Of a DNA stretch of 64,000 bases, positions 26,792 to 37,026 are shown in pieces. The notes beneath the pieces are model-generated. The model was not told the origin of the DNA. It did not search any database and worked only from the letters and a program-made list of their open reading frames with translations. Source of the DNA: a virus. Made by a program: the position numbers and the translations under genes. The DNA lies in IMG/VR virus record IMGVR_UViG_3300027659_000014, positions 32,001-96,000 of that record. One strand, written 5' to 3'. Numbering within the stretch: the first letter of the stretch is position 1; each line of letters begins with the position of its first letter.

Positions 26792-26809
26792 TTTTAATTA
26801 TTTGTTTGT

Positions 26810-27142
26810 TTATTCTATTATTTTTTCAACATAAGTTGATGTCTCACCTTCAGTAAATCCTTTTTCAATTAATAATGGTAATGAACCTGGTTTACACCAA
26901 GCATATACTGTATACCCACTATAACGAGTTTTAACATATTCCCATCTAGTATCCCATAACTTTCTAAAAATACCTTTTAGTCTATGTTCCTCATGTACCC
27001 AAGCATCTAAGAATTTTATTTTATTACTCTCTTCTCGTTCCATATATATGTGTCCCACAATCTCACCATTTAACATGGCAATCCATGTTTCAAGTTGTTG
27101 AGCATTACTCTTAAGATGAATAATTTTAATATCTTCAATCAT
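26810..27142 (-). CDS. GNAT family acetyltransferase
   Basis: AWVHEEHRLKGIFRKL (motif A, R-x-x-G), LIEKGF. Confidence 0.85.
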   Translation of the reverse strand: MIEDIKIIHLKSNAQQLETWIAMLNGEIVGHIYMEREESNKIKFLDAWVHEEHRLKGIFRKLWDTRWEYVKTRYSGYTVYAWCKPGSLPLLIEKGFTEGETSTYVEKIIE

Positions 27143-27144
27143 AA

Positions 27145-27363
27145 CTACATTACTATTTTTGGTGGATATCCCAAATCATTATCTATTGGGAATGGATTAA
27201 TAGGTATTGGTATTGACCTATATGGTTCCGCAATACCAAATTTACTTTCTTCTTTTACTTGACCCATTTTTTCAACAATAGGTAAAATTTCTATGTGTTT
27301 GTTTTCAAGTTTACCATAAAGATAACCTTCTAACCAAATATAAAATTCTTTGTGTGTTAACAT
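27145..27363 (-). CDS. Hypothetical protein (72 aa)
   Basis: EFYIWLEGYL N-terminal motif, Pro-rich tail. Confidence 0.7.
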   Translation of the reverse strand: MLTHKEFYIWLEGYLYGKLENKHIEILPIVEKMGQVKEESKFGIAEPYRSIPIPINPFPIDNDLGYPPKIVM

Positions 27364-27503
27364 AATTCTCTACTATAAAGATTTACTAAAATAATTCTTG
27401 CAAACTTAAAATCTTTTGCTCTGTTTAATTTTAAACCATACGCCAACGCCACACTATTAAGGTGTGGATATGCTTCAGTTAATGTCATTTTACCAATTTC
27501 CAT
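27357..27503 (-). CDS. Small hypothetical protein (48 aa)
   Basis: Not in track; MEIGKMTLTEAYPHLNSVALAYGLKLNRAKDFKFARIILVNLYSRELC fills the gap and overlaps both neighbours. Confidence 0.7.
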   Translation of the reverse strand: MEIGKMTLTEAYPHLNSVALAYGLKLNRAKDFKFARIILVNLYSRELC

Positions 27504-27721
27504 TATTCAAAAATTAAAAATTCTTCATTTACAAATCCACAACTATTACACATATATGTAGGAAACGGAACAATTGTATCTTCGTGACTTCCTGTTAATA
27601 ATTTAGGTACTTTTTTTAACATACTTACTTCTTTAAAAAACTTTGAACCACACTCTTCACAGATTATAGTTGGTTGTATTCTAAGATCAATTTTAGGTTT
27701 TATACTGTTATCTTCTCCCAT
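27503..27721 (-). CDS. Zinc-ribbon protein (72 aa)
   Basis: CEECG...CNSCG. Confidence 0.8.
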   Translation of the reverse strand: MGEDNSIKPKIDLRIQPTIICEECGSKFFKEVSMLKKVPKLLTGSHEDTIVPFPTYMCNSCGFVNEEFLIFE

Positions 27722-27829
27722 TTTATAATATAATTTATATTTATTTTAATTGTTGTATTGTCCCAACTTGTGTTGGTGAACCAAACTGGTGTAATTATAG
27801 TTTTCATACTCAATAATAGTTTATTTTTA

Positions 27830-28684
27830 TTATTTTGTCAAATACTTTTTCATATCCATTTCAAGAATTGTGTTAATCGTTTTCTTTAAGACTCTATGTT
27901 CAACATATTCTCTTTCTTCCGTTAATAAAACAACAATACAACCCATCAATTTAATGTTCTCATATTTCGTACCCTCTAACATCTTCAATAATAACTTACC
28001 GTAAAATGGTAATTGAGTGTTGTAGTGACCAAGAGCGTTATCAGGTAAATCTTCAAATGGTTTCTTCATTGGTTTTGTAAACTTATTCTTTTCAAAGTTT
28101 TTAGGTTTGTTTGTTTTCCAATCCGTAATTAAAATACCAAGATCACCATTTGTACCAATAATTAACCATACCTTATCGGGTTGCCCTGTATAACCCAATT
28201 CAGGGTGACCCAAAACCATTTCCGTATCAAGTAAAATACAATTACGTTCTTTAAGTAAATCAATGTATTGTTTACCCGCAACAACCATAGTATCTCCTTT
28301 TACAATCTGTTCGGCATCACATTCATAAATTGGTTGTCTAACTTCTTTACTAATACCAAATTCTTCTAAGGTATGTTTTTCTAATAAGAAGTGAACACGA
28401 GAACCCATGTTTGTGGAATATGTTCCAGCGGCAGCCCATTCCTCCAATAATCGTTGTTGTTCATAAGGATCACCATTCGCCTTTCTAAATGAAATTCCTT
28501 CAGAATCAAATTCCGTATAGAAATATTTCATCAATTTAGAAACAGAAGGGAAATCGTCTCTTAATTTACCACTAACATCCAACATTGTGTACTTGTGAGC
28601 ATCTTCTTCAAATGTTAATTGAAACTCTTTTTGTTTTTCTGATATAATTTCTCTGATCTCTTCAGATATTTTTTTTAAATCCAT
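27830..28684 (-). CDS. PD-(D/E)XK exonuclease
   Basis: GSRVH, TE, GQPD, ITDWKT and YNTQLPFY motifs. Confidence 0.85.
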   Translation of the reverse strand: MDLKKISEEIREIISEKQKEFQLTFEEDAHKYTMLDVSGKLRDDFPSVSKLMKYFYTEFDSEGISFRKANGDPYEQQRLLEEWAAAGTYSTNMGSRVHFLLEKHTLEEFGISKEVRQPIYECDAEQIVKGDTMVVAGKQYIDLLKERNCILLDTEMVLGHPELGYTGQPDKVWLIIGTNGDLGILITDWKTNKPKNFEKNKFTKPMKKPFEDLPDNALGHYNTQLPFYGKLLLKMLEGTKYENIKLMGCIVVLLTEEREYVEHRVLKKTINTILEMDMKKYLTK

Positions 28685-28726
28685 GTTTTTTTTGTTTTAT
28701 TTTACAAAGATAATACTTTTTTTTTA

Positions 28727-29626
28727 TTAATCCCTAATTTTTACAAAAAAATCTTCAATGTTTCCTTTTAAGTCACAAACATCTTGATCCATAGGTAATC
28801 TAACAATTTTTATTCTATCATATAGTTCACCCCCATTTAACTCTCGATATAATTTAACCGCATTATTAAAAGCGTCACCATCAAGGGATATAATTATATC
28901 TCTTTTAGCTTTATTATATATTTTTTCAAATAAAAGTTCTGACATATGTTTACCTAACATTGGAATTGAGTTGTCCAAGAAAAACCCATCAAAAACCCCT
29001 TCGACTAAGTAAATGTCTTTTTCCCAATCTATTAATCTTTCGTTAAATATAATCTTATCTTTTTCTTCCTCAGGGTTTTTATATTTAAATTTACTTTTTG
29101 TGTCCCAACTGCGAGCAACATAGTAATTTAATTCCCCATTAATATTATATGATGGGACCACAATACGTCCTATATGACTACCACGATCACAAAAACCAAT
29201 ATTATATTTGGTAATGATTTCATCCGTTATTCCCCTACTTTTTAAATAATTATACGCTTGTCTTCTTACTGGGTATACCGGACTTGAATCCGTAAATAAA
29301 GTGAAACCCTCAGGAAGTGTTAATTTTTTTGTTCGTTTTTGTTTTGGCTGTACCGTCTCAGGTTTTAAGATATTATATAATTTCTTTAATTTTTTGTTTC
29401 CGTACTTATCAAAAAGTTTTCCCAAAGATCCGTGAGTTCCATTAGTGTCCCCACACGACCAACATTTGTACACATTATTTATATAGTTAATCTCTAAATT
29501 GTGTTTATTTTTATCGTCATCACAAACCGGACAATTAAATGAAATTTGACCACGATTATGGTAATGTAATCCGTGATCCCCTAAAAGTCCCTCTAATAAT
29601 TCAACAATTGCATCACTTTCTTCCAT
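28727..29626 (-). CDS. dnaG: DNA primase (zinc finger + TOPRIM)
   Basis: CPVC...H...CWSC zinc finger, YLKSRGI, RIVVP, KYKNP, YLVEGVFD, LDGD; start moved to ATG 29626. Confidence 0.92.
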   Translation of the reverse strand: MEESDAIVELLEGLLGDHGLHYHNRGQISFNCPVCDDDKNKHNLEINYINNVYKCWSCGDTNGTHGSLGKLFDKYGNKKLKKLYNILKPETVQPKQKRTKKLTLPEGFTLFTDSSPVYPVRRQAYNYLKSRGITDEIITKYNIGFCDRGSHIGRIVVPSYNINGELNYYVARSWDTKSKFKYKNPEEEKDKIIFNERLIDWEKDIYLVEGVFDGFFLDNSIPMLGKHMSELLFEKIYNKAKRDIIISLDGDAFNNAVKLYRELNGGELYDRIKIVRLPMDQDVCDLKGNIEDFFVKIRD

Positions 29627-29701
29627 TGTTTTAAAAATATAAATAAAATAAAAGAACATATCAACTACACAAGTTTTTAATAAGTTCTATATTTATAAGA
29701 T

Positions 29702-29947
29702 ATGCCAACAAATATAACAATTAATAACGTTACGGGAGCACAACCATTTGATATCTATGTTTGTGATTCACCAATTACTACTTGTATTTATGTCTCAACT
29801 ATTAATACGGTTGACACCTCCAGTCCCTATTATCAGACCCTACCATATAGTTTTGATATTCCTTTAGTTTATTCAAGTTTAACTGAATTTGTTGTTAAAG
29901 TGGTTGATAATAATGATTGTATCGTTACAGATACTTTAAATATATAA
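29702..29947 (+). CDS. Small beta-rich virion-type protein (81 aa)
   Basis: TGAQPFDIYVCD...VKVVDNNDC resembles one SprB/Ig-like unit; TATTTAT 5 nt upstream. Confidence 0.7.
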   Translation: MPTNITINNVTGAQPFDIYVCDSPITTCIYVSTINTVDTSSPYYQTLPYSFDIPLVYSSLTEFVVKVVDNNDCIVTDTLNI

Positions 29948-29948
29948 T

Positions 29949-31559
29949 ATGAGTTGTAGTACAGATATTTGTGTTGTTAATTCCGGAATATATAATGATA
30001 ATTATACATTCAGTGGTCAATATGGTGGTATAGATTATTTTGAAAATTCAACCTCATCATATTACATTTTTTATTCTCAAACAGAATTAAGGTGGTGTTT
30101 ATCGTCATACATAGGGGATCCGTGTATTTTATTTGGTCCAACAAATTCCGTTGATCCATGTCCTGATTTTTATTCTGGAATAATAGTTAACGGTTTATGT
30201 CCAACCCCAACTCCTACCCCAACATTAGCTTGTGCTATTGATTTTGACGCAATGTTTGATTGTGATGTATTTGTAACTCCAACTCCAACTCCAACTAAAA
30301 CAAAAACCCCAACACCAACACCAACACCAACAGTAACTAATGTTTGTGGGGGTGTTTCTTTATCTGTTACAGGAAACACATATTCACCAACACCAACTAC
30401 AACACCAACTTTAACTCCAACACCTTCAATTCCAATTGATAGACCATGTAATTTTGATGGTATTGCCAAATTTAATAGTGTTGATGGGTTTATTGTATGT
30501 GCAACCAGTAAAAAATTTGAGGATTGTTTTACTGGTATAGAATACTATACAACACAAACATTATTTGATTCTTTAGGTAATTTATTAGTTGTTGGTGACG
30601 TTTATGGTGGAACAATAAACAGAATATCTTCATGTTTTATTTTTCAAACAATTGTAGATAACATAAGTGGTGGTGACAAAGTTGTTATTACCACAGAATA
30701 TGGACCTTCTAGTCAAGGTAGTTGTTTAAATTGTTTCCCAATTAGTAATACTCCTACATTAACACCTACTATAACACCAACCCCAACAACACCTTGTTTA
30801 TGTTTGTCATATAGAATTTCAAATATAACTGGAAATCCCAACAGTGGTGGTATAGAATTTATGAGTTGTGATAATAAAGATGTTTTATTAAGACCTGGTT
30901 CTATGGGTTGGGATGATTGGTTAAATCATGTTCTAATTATTTGTTCTAAAGATATACCGACACTTAATTCAGGATCTGCAACTATTACAAATATTGGTGA
31001 TTGTTGTAATGGAAATTGTATTCAATACTTATTATTTAATACATCCACAACAGTTCAATCATATGTTTATACAAATTTATTAGGTGTTGTTATAAACCAA
31101 ACATTAAATTCTAACACAAGTATTTTAATTAATTCATTTTCAACACCATATTCTATATATGGTGGAATAAATGTAAACCCCACAGGAAGAGATTGTTTTT
31201 CAACACCGGGATTGACTCCTACCCCAACTAATACACCAACAAAAACTCCAACGCCAACTCCAACGCCAGCTAATCTTCCTTATATAAGTAGTCTTTATTT
31301 TCCTATGAATACCGGTATTATGGTAAATATCTGCATAAATATTAATAACGATGGTGGAAGCCCAATAACACAATGTGGTGTGGTTTACAATACAACAGGA
31401 AACCCAACAACAGCAGATAATATAATTCCATATAATATTCAAATAGGGATTCAATGTCAGAATTTTATTAGACCAATACTAAACCAACCATATTATTTTA
31501 GTGCGTTTGCTACAAATTCTGTAGGAACATTTTATCGTATTTACCCAAATCCAGTATAG
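29949..31559 (+). CDS. Cys-rich, Pro-Thr-repeat putative tail fibre/decoration protein with C-terminal FN3-like domain
   Basis: Five PT-repeat linkers; C-term DGGSPITQCGVVYNTTGNPT...YYFSAFATNSVGT. Confidence 0.65.
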   Translation: MSCSTDICVVNSGIYNDNYTFSGQYGGIDYFENSTSSYYIFYSQTELRWCLSSYIGDPCILFGPTNSVDPCPDFYSGIIVNGLCPTPTPTPTLACAIDFDAMFDCDVFVTPTPTPTKTKTPTPTPTPTVTNVCGGVSLSVTGNTYSPTPTTTPTLTPTPSIPIDRPCNFDGIAKFNSVDGFIVCATSKKFEDCFTGIEYYTTQTLFDSLGNLLVVGDVYGGTINRISSCFIFQTIVDNISGGDKVVITTEYGPSSQGSCLNCFPISNTPTLTPTITPTPTTPCLCLSYRISNITGNPNSGGIEFMSCDNKDVLLRPGSMGWDDWLNHVLIICSKDIPTLNSGSATITNIGDCCNGNCIQYLLFNTSTTVQSYVYTNLLGVVINQTLNSNTSILINSFSTPYSIYGGINVNPTGRDCFSTPGLTPTPTNTPTKTPTPTPTPANLPYISSLYFPMNTGIMVNICININNDGGSPITQCGVVYNTTGNPTTADNIIPYNIQIGIQCQNFIRPILNQPYYFSAFATNSVGTFYRIYPNPV

Positions 31560-31624
31560 CGGTATTACTAAATTATTTAGTCCTTCAACAGTTTTATGTG
31601 TATTTGTAATTAAAAATATAAGAC

Positions 31625-31657
31625 AAAAAAAAATATCACCTAAAAAGACGATATTTT
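31625..31657 (-). terminator. Rho-independent terminator after ruvC
   Basis: Minus strand AUAUCGUCU-UUUU-AGGUGAUAU (two G:U pairs) followed by a U run. Confidence 0.6.
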
Positions 31658-31681
31658 CAATTATCGGTTATTTAGACGATA

Positions 31682-32290
31682 TTAATCCCAAATTTTTTTA
31701 CTTCTCATATAACCTAAAACACAAGCATAAGCATCTGTTTGGTCAAAATTTTCTTTCTTTAAAGTATTGTTTTTAGTGTAATGCCATTGTATTTGTGGTT
31801 CTTTTTTTGCAACTAAATCCCAAATAATCATTTTTTTGTCTATATCTTTAGGAAGTCCTCCAAATAAAACATGTTTTTTTTTATCGTTTTCTTTTACTAA
31901 TTCAGGAAACGCAAATTTTCTTGAGTTATATGTAGATATGAATTCAGGAACAATACCTATCATATCATAAATTGTTTTACATATTAATGTATTAAATCTT
32001 AGTAAAGTTTGGATAGTATAAACATTGTTTGAATTTAATAGTGGTTCTTCAATTATAACACTAACAATCCCTAAATTTTTATATCCTTCCAATTTAGTTT
32101 TAAATACTTCAGATTTTAATATTAATTCTAACATTTTATTTTCTTCCGTATCTTTATTTTTTGGTCTCGGGGATACATGAGTTAATTCTAGTAATTCTTG
32201 TGATTTAATATCAAAAAGTGCCCAACCTATTGTTTTAGTGGAAATGTCTAACCCTAAGACTTTAGGTGAATTTTTAATTGATGTTCGCAT
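31682..32290 (-). CDS. ruvC: RuvC-like Holliday junction resolvase
   Basis: VLGLDISTKTIGWA, IIEEP and DQTDAY catalytic acidic motifs. Confidence 0.85.
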   Translation of the reverse strand: MRTSIKNSPKVLGLDISTKTIGWALFDIKSQELLELTHVSPRPKNKDTEENKMLELILKSEVFKTKLEGYKNLGIVSVIIEEPLLNSNNVYTIQTLLRFNTLICKTIYDMIGIVPEFISTYNSRKFAFPELVKENDKKKHVLFGGLPKDIDKKMIIWDLVAKKEPQIQWHYTKNNTLKKENFDQTDAYACVLGYMRSKKIWD

Positions 32291-32343
32291 AAACTTATTT
32301 TTAATTATAATATAACTATATCGTTGTAAAACTAAAGTTTTTG

Positions 32344-34911
32344 TTATAAATCAAACTTAACTAAGAATTGTTGAATTCCTTGTCTTAAAACAGGAGATTG
32401 TAACTTTGAGACAACTAATACGTCTTTTTTATCATCTAACAACGCTATTTCAGTAATATAAGAATTAGTTCCTGATTTCCAAGTTGGATTTGATGTTTTT
32501 TGAAATTCAGTATAATTTAAATTAATCTTATACATCATTTCATATATTGTTGCTTGTATATCAGTTTCAATACCTCCGTAGAAATAATATTCATCACCAA
32601 AATTTAATTTTGGTCCAACATTACCAATAGGGGTTAAATCAATATATTGGTTTAAATCGTAAAATGGTGCGGAATTATATAAGGATTCGGTAACAATAAA
32701 TGTAGTTCCTGTTAATGAATCTTCAGTAATATAACCATTTATTGTTTGTCCACTTATATTATTAGTAAAATCAATTAATTTCCATTTTGAGGAATCTGGT
32801 CTTGTTCCTGTAGGTACTTTTTGTGCTAACACTTCAAATTTAGTCCCATAAAATCCATTTGGAATATCACATGTAGGACATAGTGTTGTAGTTGTTGTAA
32901 CAATAGGATTAAGTGTTGTAGTTGTTGTAACAATAGGATTAAGTGTTGTAGTTGTTGTAATAATAGGATTAAGTGTTGTAGTTGTTGTTGTTGGGTTATA
33001 CCCAGGAACAACCAAACACCCAAATTCACCCGCAAATCTTATTGCAACATTTTTAGATGTATCAGGAAAACAATCATTATTATTACCCACAATTTTAACG
33101 TAATAATTACAATGTAATGAATTTGTAAATCCATAATCATTACTAATTCTATATGTAATATACATAGTCTCATTGTTTCCTGTTAATATACCATTAATTG
33201 TTGATGAGGTTGTATCACAAATATTTGGAGTTATTAAAGAAACTTGTGGTGCAGGTAATGTCCAATTTCTATTTGATTTATAAGATAACGCAGCAACAAT
33301 TTCTTCATCATCAATAATAATTGTTTGACTATCCGGAAATACTTTACCAATTCGACTTGGTAATCCATTATTATTTGGGTGTGTATCCCATAAATGATAG
33401 TATCTTAATCCAGGATTATTCATATTATTATTTTGGTTTGATTCCATATAATGAACTTCAAATAAGTTTTCATTGTCAAATCCAGGTGGGTCAACCCAAA
33501 AGGTAGATCCAAAGCAACATTGTGGATTTTTATGCCACATAATCCATGGTATATATAATTTAAAATTTCTAGCTTGACCTGTTGTATTATTAGTATTAAC
33601 CGGATCATATGGTTCTAATGCAAATTTTTCACCATAAAAGAAATCAATTGTTTGGTTTGTATAATGAATAATTGCAATTGTTTTTTGTTCTTCAGGTTCA
33701 ACCTTAATAACCTCATCAAATGAATTATAATAATAAGTGTCAGTAGTTTCAGCACTTAATACTGAATTTACGTAAAATGTCTGTCCTAAATTTGAATTAT
33801 AACCAAAATACTCTTTACTCCCAATATAATTAACAGACCCAAAATAAGTATAATCTTCATATTGTGTTGGTAATAATCCAGCGGGATTTTCGGTCCAAGG
33901 AATATTCATGTTCCAAATTTTAACGTCAAAGTTATCAACATCACATAATGTTTCATAATTAATAACACCATCACCCCAATGTGGACTTGGTGTTACACTA
34001 TCATATAGTTCTGTCATACTTTTAGGATAAACTAAAGCTCTAAAACAACATTTATTATTTATTAATCCAAAATCTGGTGTTGTTCTATCTAACGTTATTT
34101 TATTTTCACAAATTCCAATAATTCTATAAGTTAAAATTGGGTAACAACTATATAATGACATCAAACAAACGGGTTCAGGTGGTGCGGGACACTGTCTACT
34201 TGGTGTTGGCGTTAAACATTCTGTTTTTGTAGGGGTTGGCGTTGGGGTTGGACTTACACAATTAATATGACCACTACTTACTGATGGTGTGAGTGTAGGT
34301 GTAGGTGTGGTTCCTTGTGATGTTGTTGGTGTTGGTGTTGGTAAATTGGTGCATGAACAATTTTCACATCCTAAACCATCAAAATAAATAGTAATAAAAT
34401 CACCAACCTCGTAACCTCCAAATGAAGATGTGTTACATCCTGAATAAATTAAAGTTATTTCATTAGTACCATTTAATGATAATGGATTTACCAAATAATT
34501 AGAAGTTTTAACATAATTATTACTTGTTAACGCACTCCAATTAATTGTACTTGCGGTTGTGTTACCACTAAAAAATCCCCTTAAAGGAGCCCGATTAAAT
34601 ACAGACTCAACTGTTGAGTCCATGTATGGGATTCCGTACGTATTTTTCCCAATATTATCCACATAATACGGGTATTTAACATTTTGTTTATTTGATTGTG
34701 GTATTCCGTCACTATTTTGACTTCCAAACGGTGGAGTTAAGACAAAACTATTAACTTGATTATAATTAACAGAAACTTTATCATAAGAAACTTCACTATC
34801 CCCTACCTGAAAATAACTTACATTAAAATTTCCTTGTGACATCTTTAACCTACCAGTATCCGTTATTCTGGTGTTAATAAGTCCTGATGTATTTTTTATT
34901 ATATATGACAT
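32344..34911 (-). CDS. Virion structural protein with PT and poly-Thr linkers
   Basis: N-term INTRITDTGR...YFQVGDSEV and C-term YITEIALLD....LVVSKL..PV of tail/baseplate type; TATTTAT motif at 34919-34925. Confidence 0.7.
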   Translation of the reverse strand: MSYIIKNTSGLINTRITDTGRLKMSQGNFNVSYFQVGDSEVSYDKVSVNYNQVNSFVLTPPFGSQNSDGIPQSNKQNVKYPYYVDNIGKNTYGIPYMDSTVESVFNRAPLRGFFSGNTTASTINWSALTSNNYVKTSNYLVNPLSLNGTNEITLIYSGCNTSSFGGYEVGDFITIYFDGLGCENCSCTNLPTPTPTTSQGTTPTPTLTPSVSSGHINCVSPTPTPTPTKTECLTPTPSRQCPAPPEPVCLMSLYSCYPILTYRIIGICENKITLDRTTPDFGLINNKCCFRALVYPKSMTELYDSVTPSPHWGDGVINYETLCDVDNFDVKIWNMNIPWTENPAGLLPTQYEDYTYFGSVNYIGSKEYFGYNSNLGQTFYVNSVLSAETTDTYYYNSFDEVIKVEPEEQKTIAIIHYTNQTIDFFYGEKFALEPYDPVNTNNTTGQARNFKLYIPWIMWHKNPQCCFGSTFWVDPPGFDNENLFEVHYMESNQNNNMNNPGLRYYHLWDTHPNNNGLPSRIGKVFPDSQTIIIDDEEIVAALSYKSNRNWTLPAPQVSLITPNICDTTSSTINGILTGNNETMYITYRISNDYGFTNSLHCNYYVKIVGNNNDCFPDTSKNVAIRFAGEFGCLVVPGYNPTTTTTTLNPIITTTTTLNPIVTTTTTLNPIVTTTTTLCPTCDIPNGFYGTKFEVLAQKVPTGTRPDSSKWKLIDFTNNISGQTINGYITEDSLTGTTFIVTESLYNSAPFYDLNQYIDLTPIGNVGPKLNFGDEYYFYGGIETDIQATIYEMMYKINLNYTEFQKTSNPTWKSGTNSYITEIALLDDKKDVLVVSKLQSPVLRQGIQQFLVKFDL
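32882..32988. repeat. 30-bp tandem repeat, about 3.6 copies (encodes TTTTTLNPI[IV])
   Basis: Unit AGTGTTGTAGTTGTTGTAACAATAGGATTA at 32882, 32912, 32942 and (partial) 32972. Confidence 0.95.
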
Positions 34912-34934
34912 TTTATGTATAAATATTTATTTAT

Positions 34935-36998
34935 TTATTTTTTTATCCCCACACCTAAAGGATTAACTACCCTTACCGTATCGCAATTATTATTTATTTT
35001 TACATTATTTAAATAAATGTGATAGTATCTGTACGCAATAAAACAATGCGGGGTTGGTAAAATAGGTGATATTGTATCAGTATAAGAACCGTTTATAATA
35101 GTTCCTGATGTCATAGATAAATTAATCCAATTATATTGTCTTGTTGTGGTATATTTAAAAAAGTCCTTACAAGGATCTGGTTGTGGAATTGGTAAGAATG
35201 GAGTTATTGTTTGATTAGTGTTGGATACAGGTAACCCATTAACATTTAATGTTACTATGTTGTTATAAGTGGCAGCTGCCGCTGATGGTCCAACGTTAAA
35301 TGTGTTAGTATGAATTACATCAAAAGTAATTGTTGTTCCAATTGGTAATGAAGGTGAGACATTTATATTAAACACATTAGTACCAAATATAGTAGAAGCG
35401 TAAGACATAGTAACAATATAGTTTATACTTGAAGTTGGAGGAGGTAAAACAACCGTTTGGGTACTTGTAAATCCTGAAGAATCTCTAACATAAACAATAT
35501 ATGATCCTTGACATAAGTTATTATATATTGTTGTAGGTTGGTAAGTTGTTCCCCCGTTGATTGAATAGTCATATGGTGGTGTTCCCCCAAAAGGAGTTAA
35601 TATTATACTTCCATCACAACCACATTCGGGTCTATTAGTATTTATTGTTAAGTTAGGGGTACTAAGTTCATTACATGGTCCTAAATTTGCGGTTATTGAT
35701 AATATTTGATTAGGTAATGATGATCCAACCGAATTCCACCCAGATAATGGTGGGCTACCACTATTTAAATTAATTATTTGTCCCGCTGTCCAACCCGATA
35801 CTTGCCATTGATTACCATTAAGATTCCATACAATATCTAAACTATTTGTTGTATCTTCCCAAGTTGGGTAATCCCCAATGTACCCATTATATTGAAATTC
35901 ATAATATTCAGCAAAAGATTGTGTTAGTTTTCTTCTTATAATTGTAAGACAGATATCTTCATATGTTGGTAAAGGATTAAAAGTTGTTGTACTTGTTGTA
36001 ATTGGTATTTCAACCCCTAAAACACAAGTGGTATATGCTGTAAAATCCCCGTAATAATCAGTAACGATTGAATCATAATTTCCAGCCCCAAGATTACTTA
36101 AAGATTGTGAGAGGGAACCATTTTCCCAAATAACCTCATAAGGAGGGGTTCCTCCTGTTATACCCAAAGTAATTAACCCGTCAAAAGAATTTGGGGTTGA
36201 TGGATCAACTGTAAAACATTCAACACCGAGAGGAAAAATTGTTATAACATCACATTCGTTTTTAGGTTCAATTGGTGGATTTGGTGGGGCAAAAGTTGTT
36301 GTAGTTGTAACAATCGGGTTAGTCGTAGTTGTTATTGTACAAGGGGTACATTTACCATTGTTAATAATTTGTATCTCTCCCGATAAAACTTTTACTCCTG
36401 TTGAGCTACATATGGAAACCGATGTTTGGAAACCCAAATCATAAGGTGATTTTTTTTCCTCATCACAACATGGGGTGAACTCTATTCTTGTTTTAACATT
36501 TTGTGAAGATTGATTAGTTACATAATAATTATTACAACAACTATTATCTATAACACAGGTATCACAATTATTATACTCATTAACATTAAACTGAACTAAA
36601 GTAACACTTTCAGATCCAACTATATTACAGTCATATGTGGCGGAGAGACCACGACCTACTAATTCATAACAACCAGATTTATAATTATTAGGGTTTGAAG
36701 ATAGTAAAGCCGCATTAAAATAAATTATAACACCATTTAAATAATTTCCAAAAACTGAATTAACTGGTCCGTCAAAATAAAAAGAATCATCATTACAACA
36801 ACTTTGAAAACAATATCTGATTGTTGCTTTTGCAAGTGAGTTAAGATAAAAATTTGTAGGTTGTGGTGGAGTTACTAAGGTGTTAATATAATAAGAAACA
36901 CCAGGTAATAAATCAACTACTTTAATAACGTTATTGTCGTCAGTAAACGTATAGTTATTATATATTACTGAACTATTATTTATTACTTCAAAAACCAT
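34935..36998 (-). CDS. SprB-repeat, Cys-rich putative tail fibre/adhesin
   Basis: GLITLGITGGTPPYEVIW...NLGAGNY, GSIILTPFGGTPPYDYS...NLCQGSYIVYVRDSSG; Thr-rich linkers. Confidence 0.7.
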   Translation of the reverse strand: MVFEVINNSSVIYNNYTFTDDNNVIKVVDLLPGVSYYINTLVTPPQPTNFYLNSLAKATIRYCFQSCCNDDSFYFDGPVNSVFGNYLNGVIIYFNAALLSSNPNNYKSGCYELVGRGLSATYDCNIVGSESVTLVQFNVNEYNNCDTCVIDNSCCNNYYVTNQSSQNVKTRIEFTPCCDEEKKSPYDLGFQTSVSICSSTGVKVLSGEIQIINNGKCTPCTITTTTNPIVTTTTTFAPPNPPIEPKNECDVITIFPLGVECFTVDPSTPNSFDGLITLGITGGTPPYEVIWENGSLSQSLSNLGAGNYDSIVTDYYGDFTAYTTCVLGVEIPITTSTTTFNPLPTYEDICLTIIRRKLTQSFAEYYEFQYNGYIGDYPTWEDTTNSLDIVWNLNGNQWQVSGWTAGQIINLNSGSPPLSGWNSVGSSLPNQILSITANLGPCNELSTPNLTINTNRPECGCDGSIILTPFGGTPPYDYSINGGTTYQPTTIYNNLCQGSYIVYVRDSSGFTSTQTVVLPPPTSSINYIVTMSYASTIFGTNVFNINVSPSLPIGTTITFDVIHTNTFNVGPSAAAATYNNIVTLNVNGLPVSNTNQTITPFLPIPQPDPCKDFFKYTTTRQYNWINLSMTSGTIINGSYTDTISPILPTPHCFIAYRYYHIYLNNVKINNNCDTVRVVNPLGVGIKK

Positions 36999-37026
36999 TT
37001 AAGTTATTTCTTTACTATATAAATAA

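Noticed and set aside
27700-27807. 35-aa minus-strand ORF MKTIITPVWFTNTSWDN...
   Set aside because: Fills a gap plausibly but has no motif or other support
31500-31681. Frameshift extension of 29949..31559 past its TAG
   Set aside because: Another frame stays open but runs into the terminator and antisense ruvC; no slippery site or motif support
32882-32988. 30-bp repeats as a CRISPR array
   Set aside because: Units are contiguous with no spacers, are in frame within a CDS, and no cas genes are present
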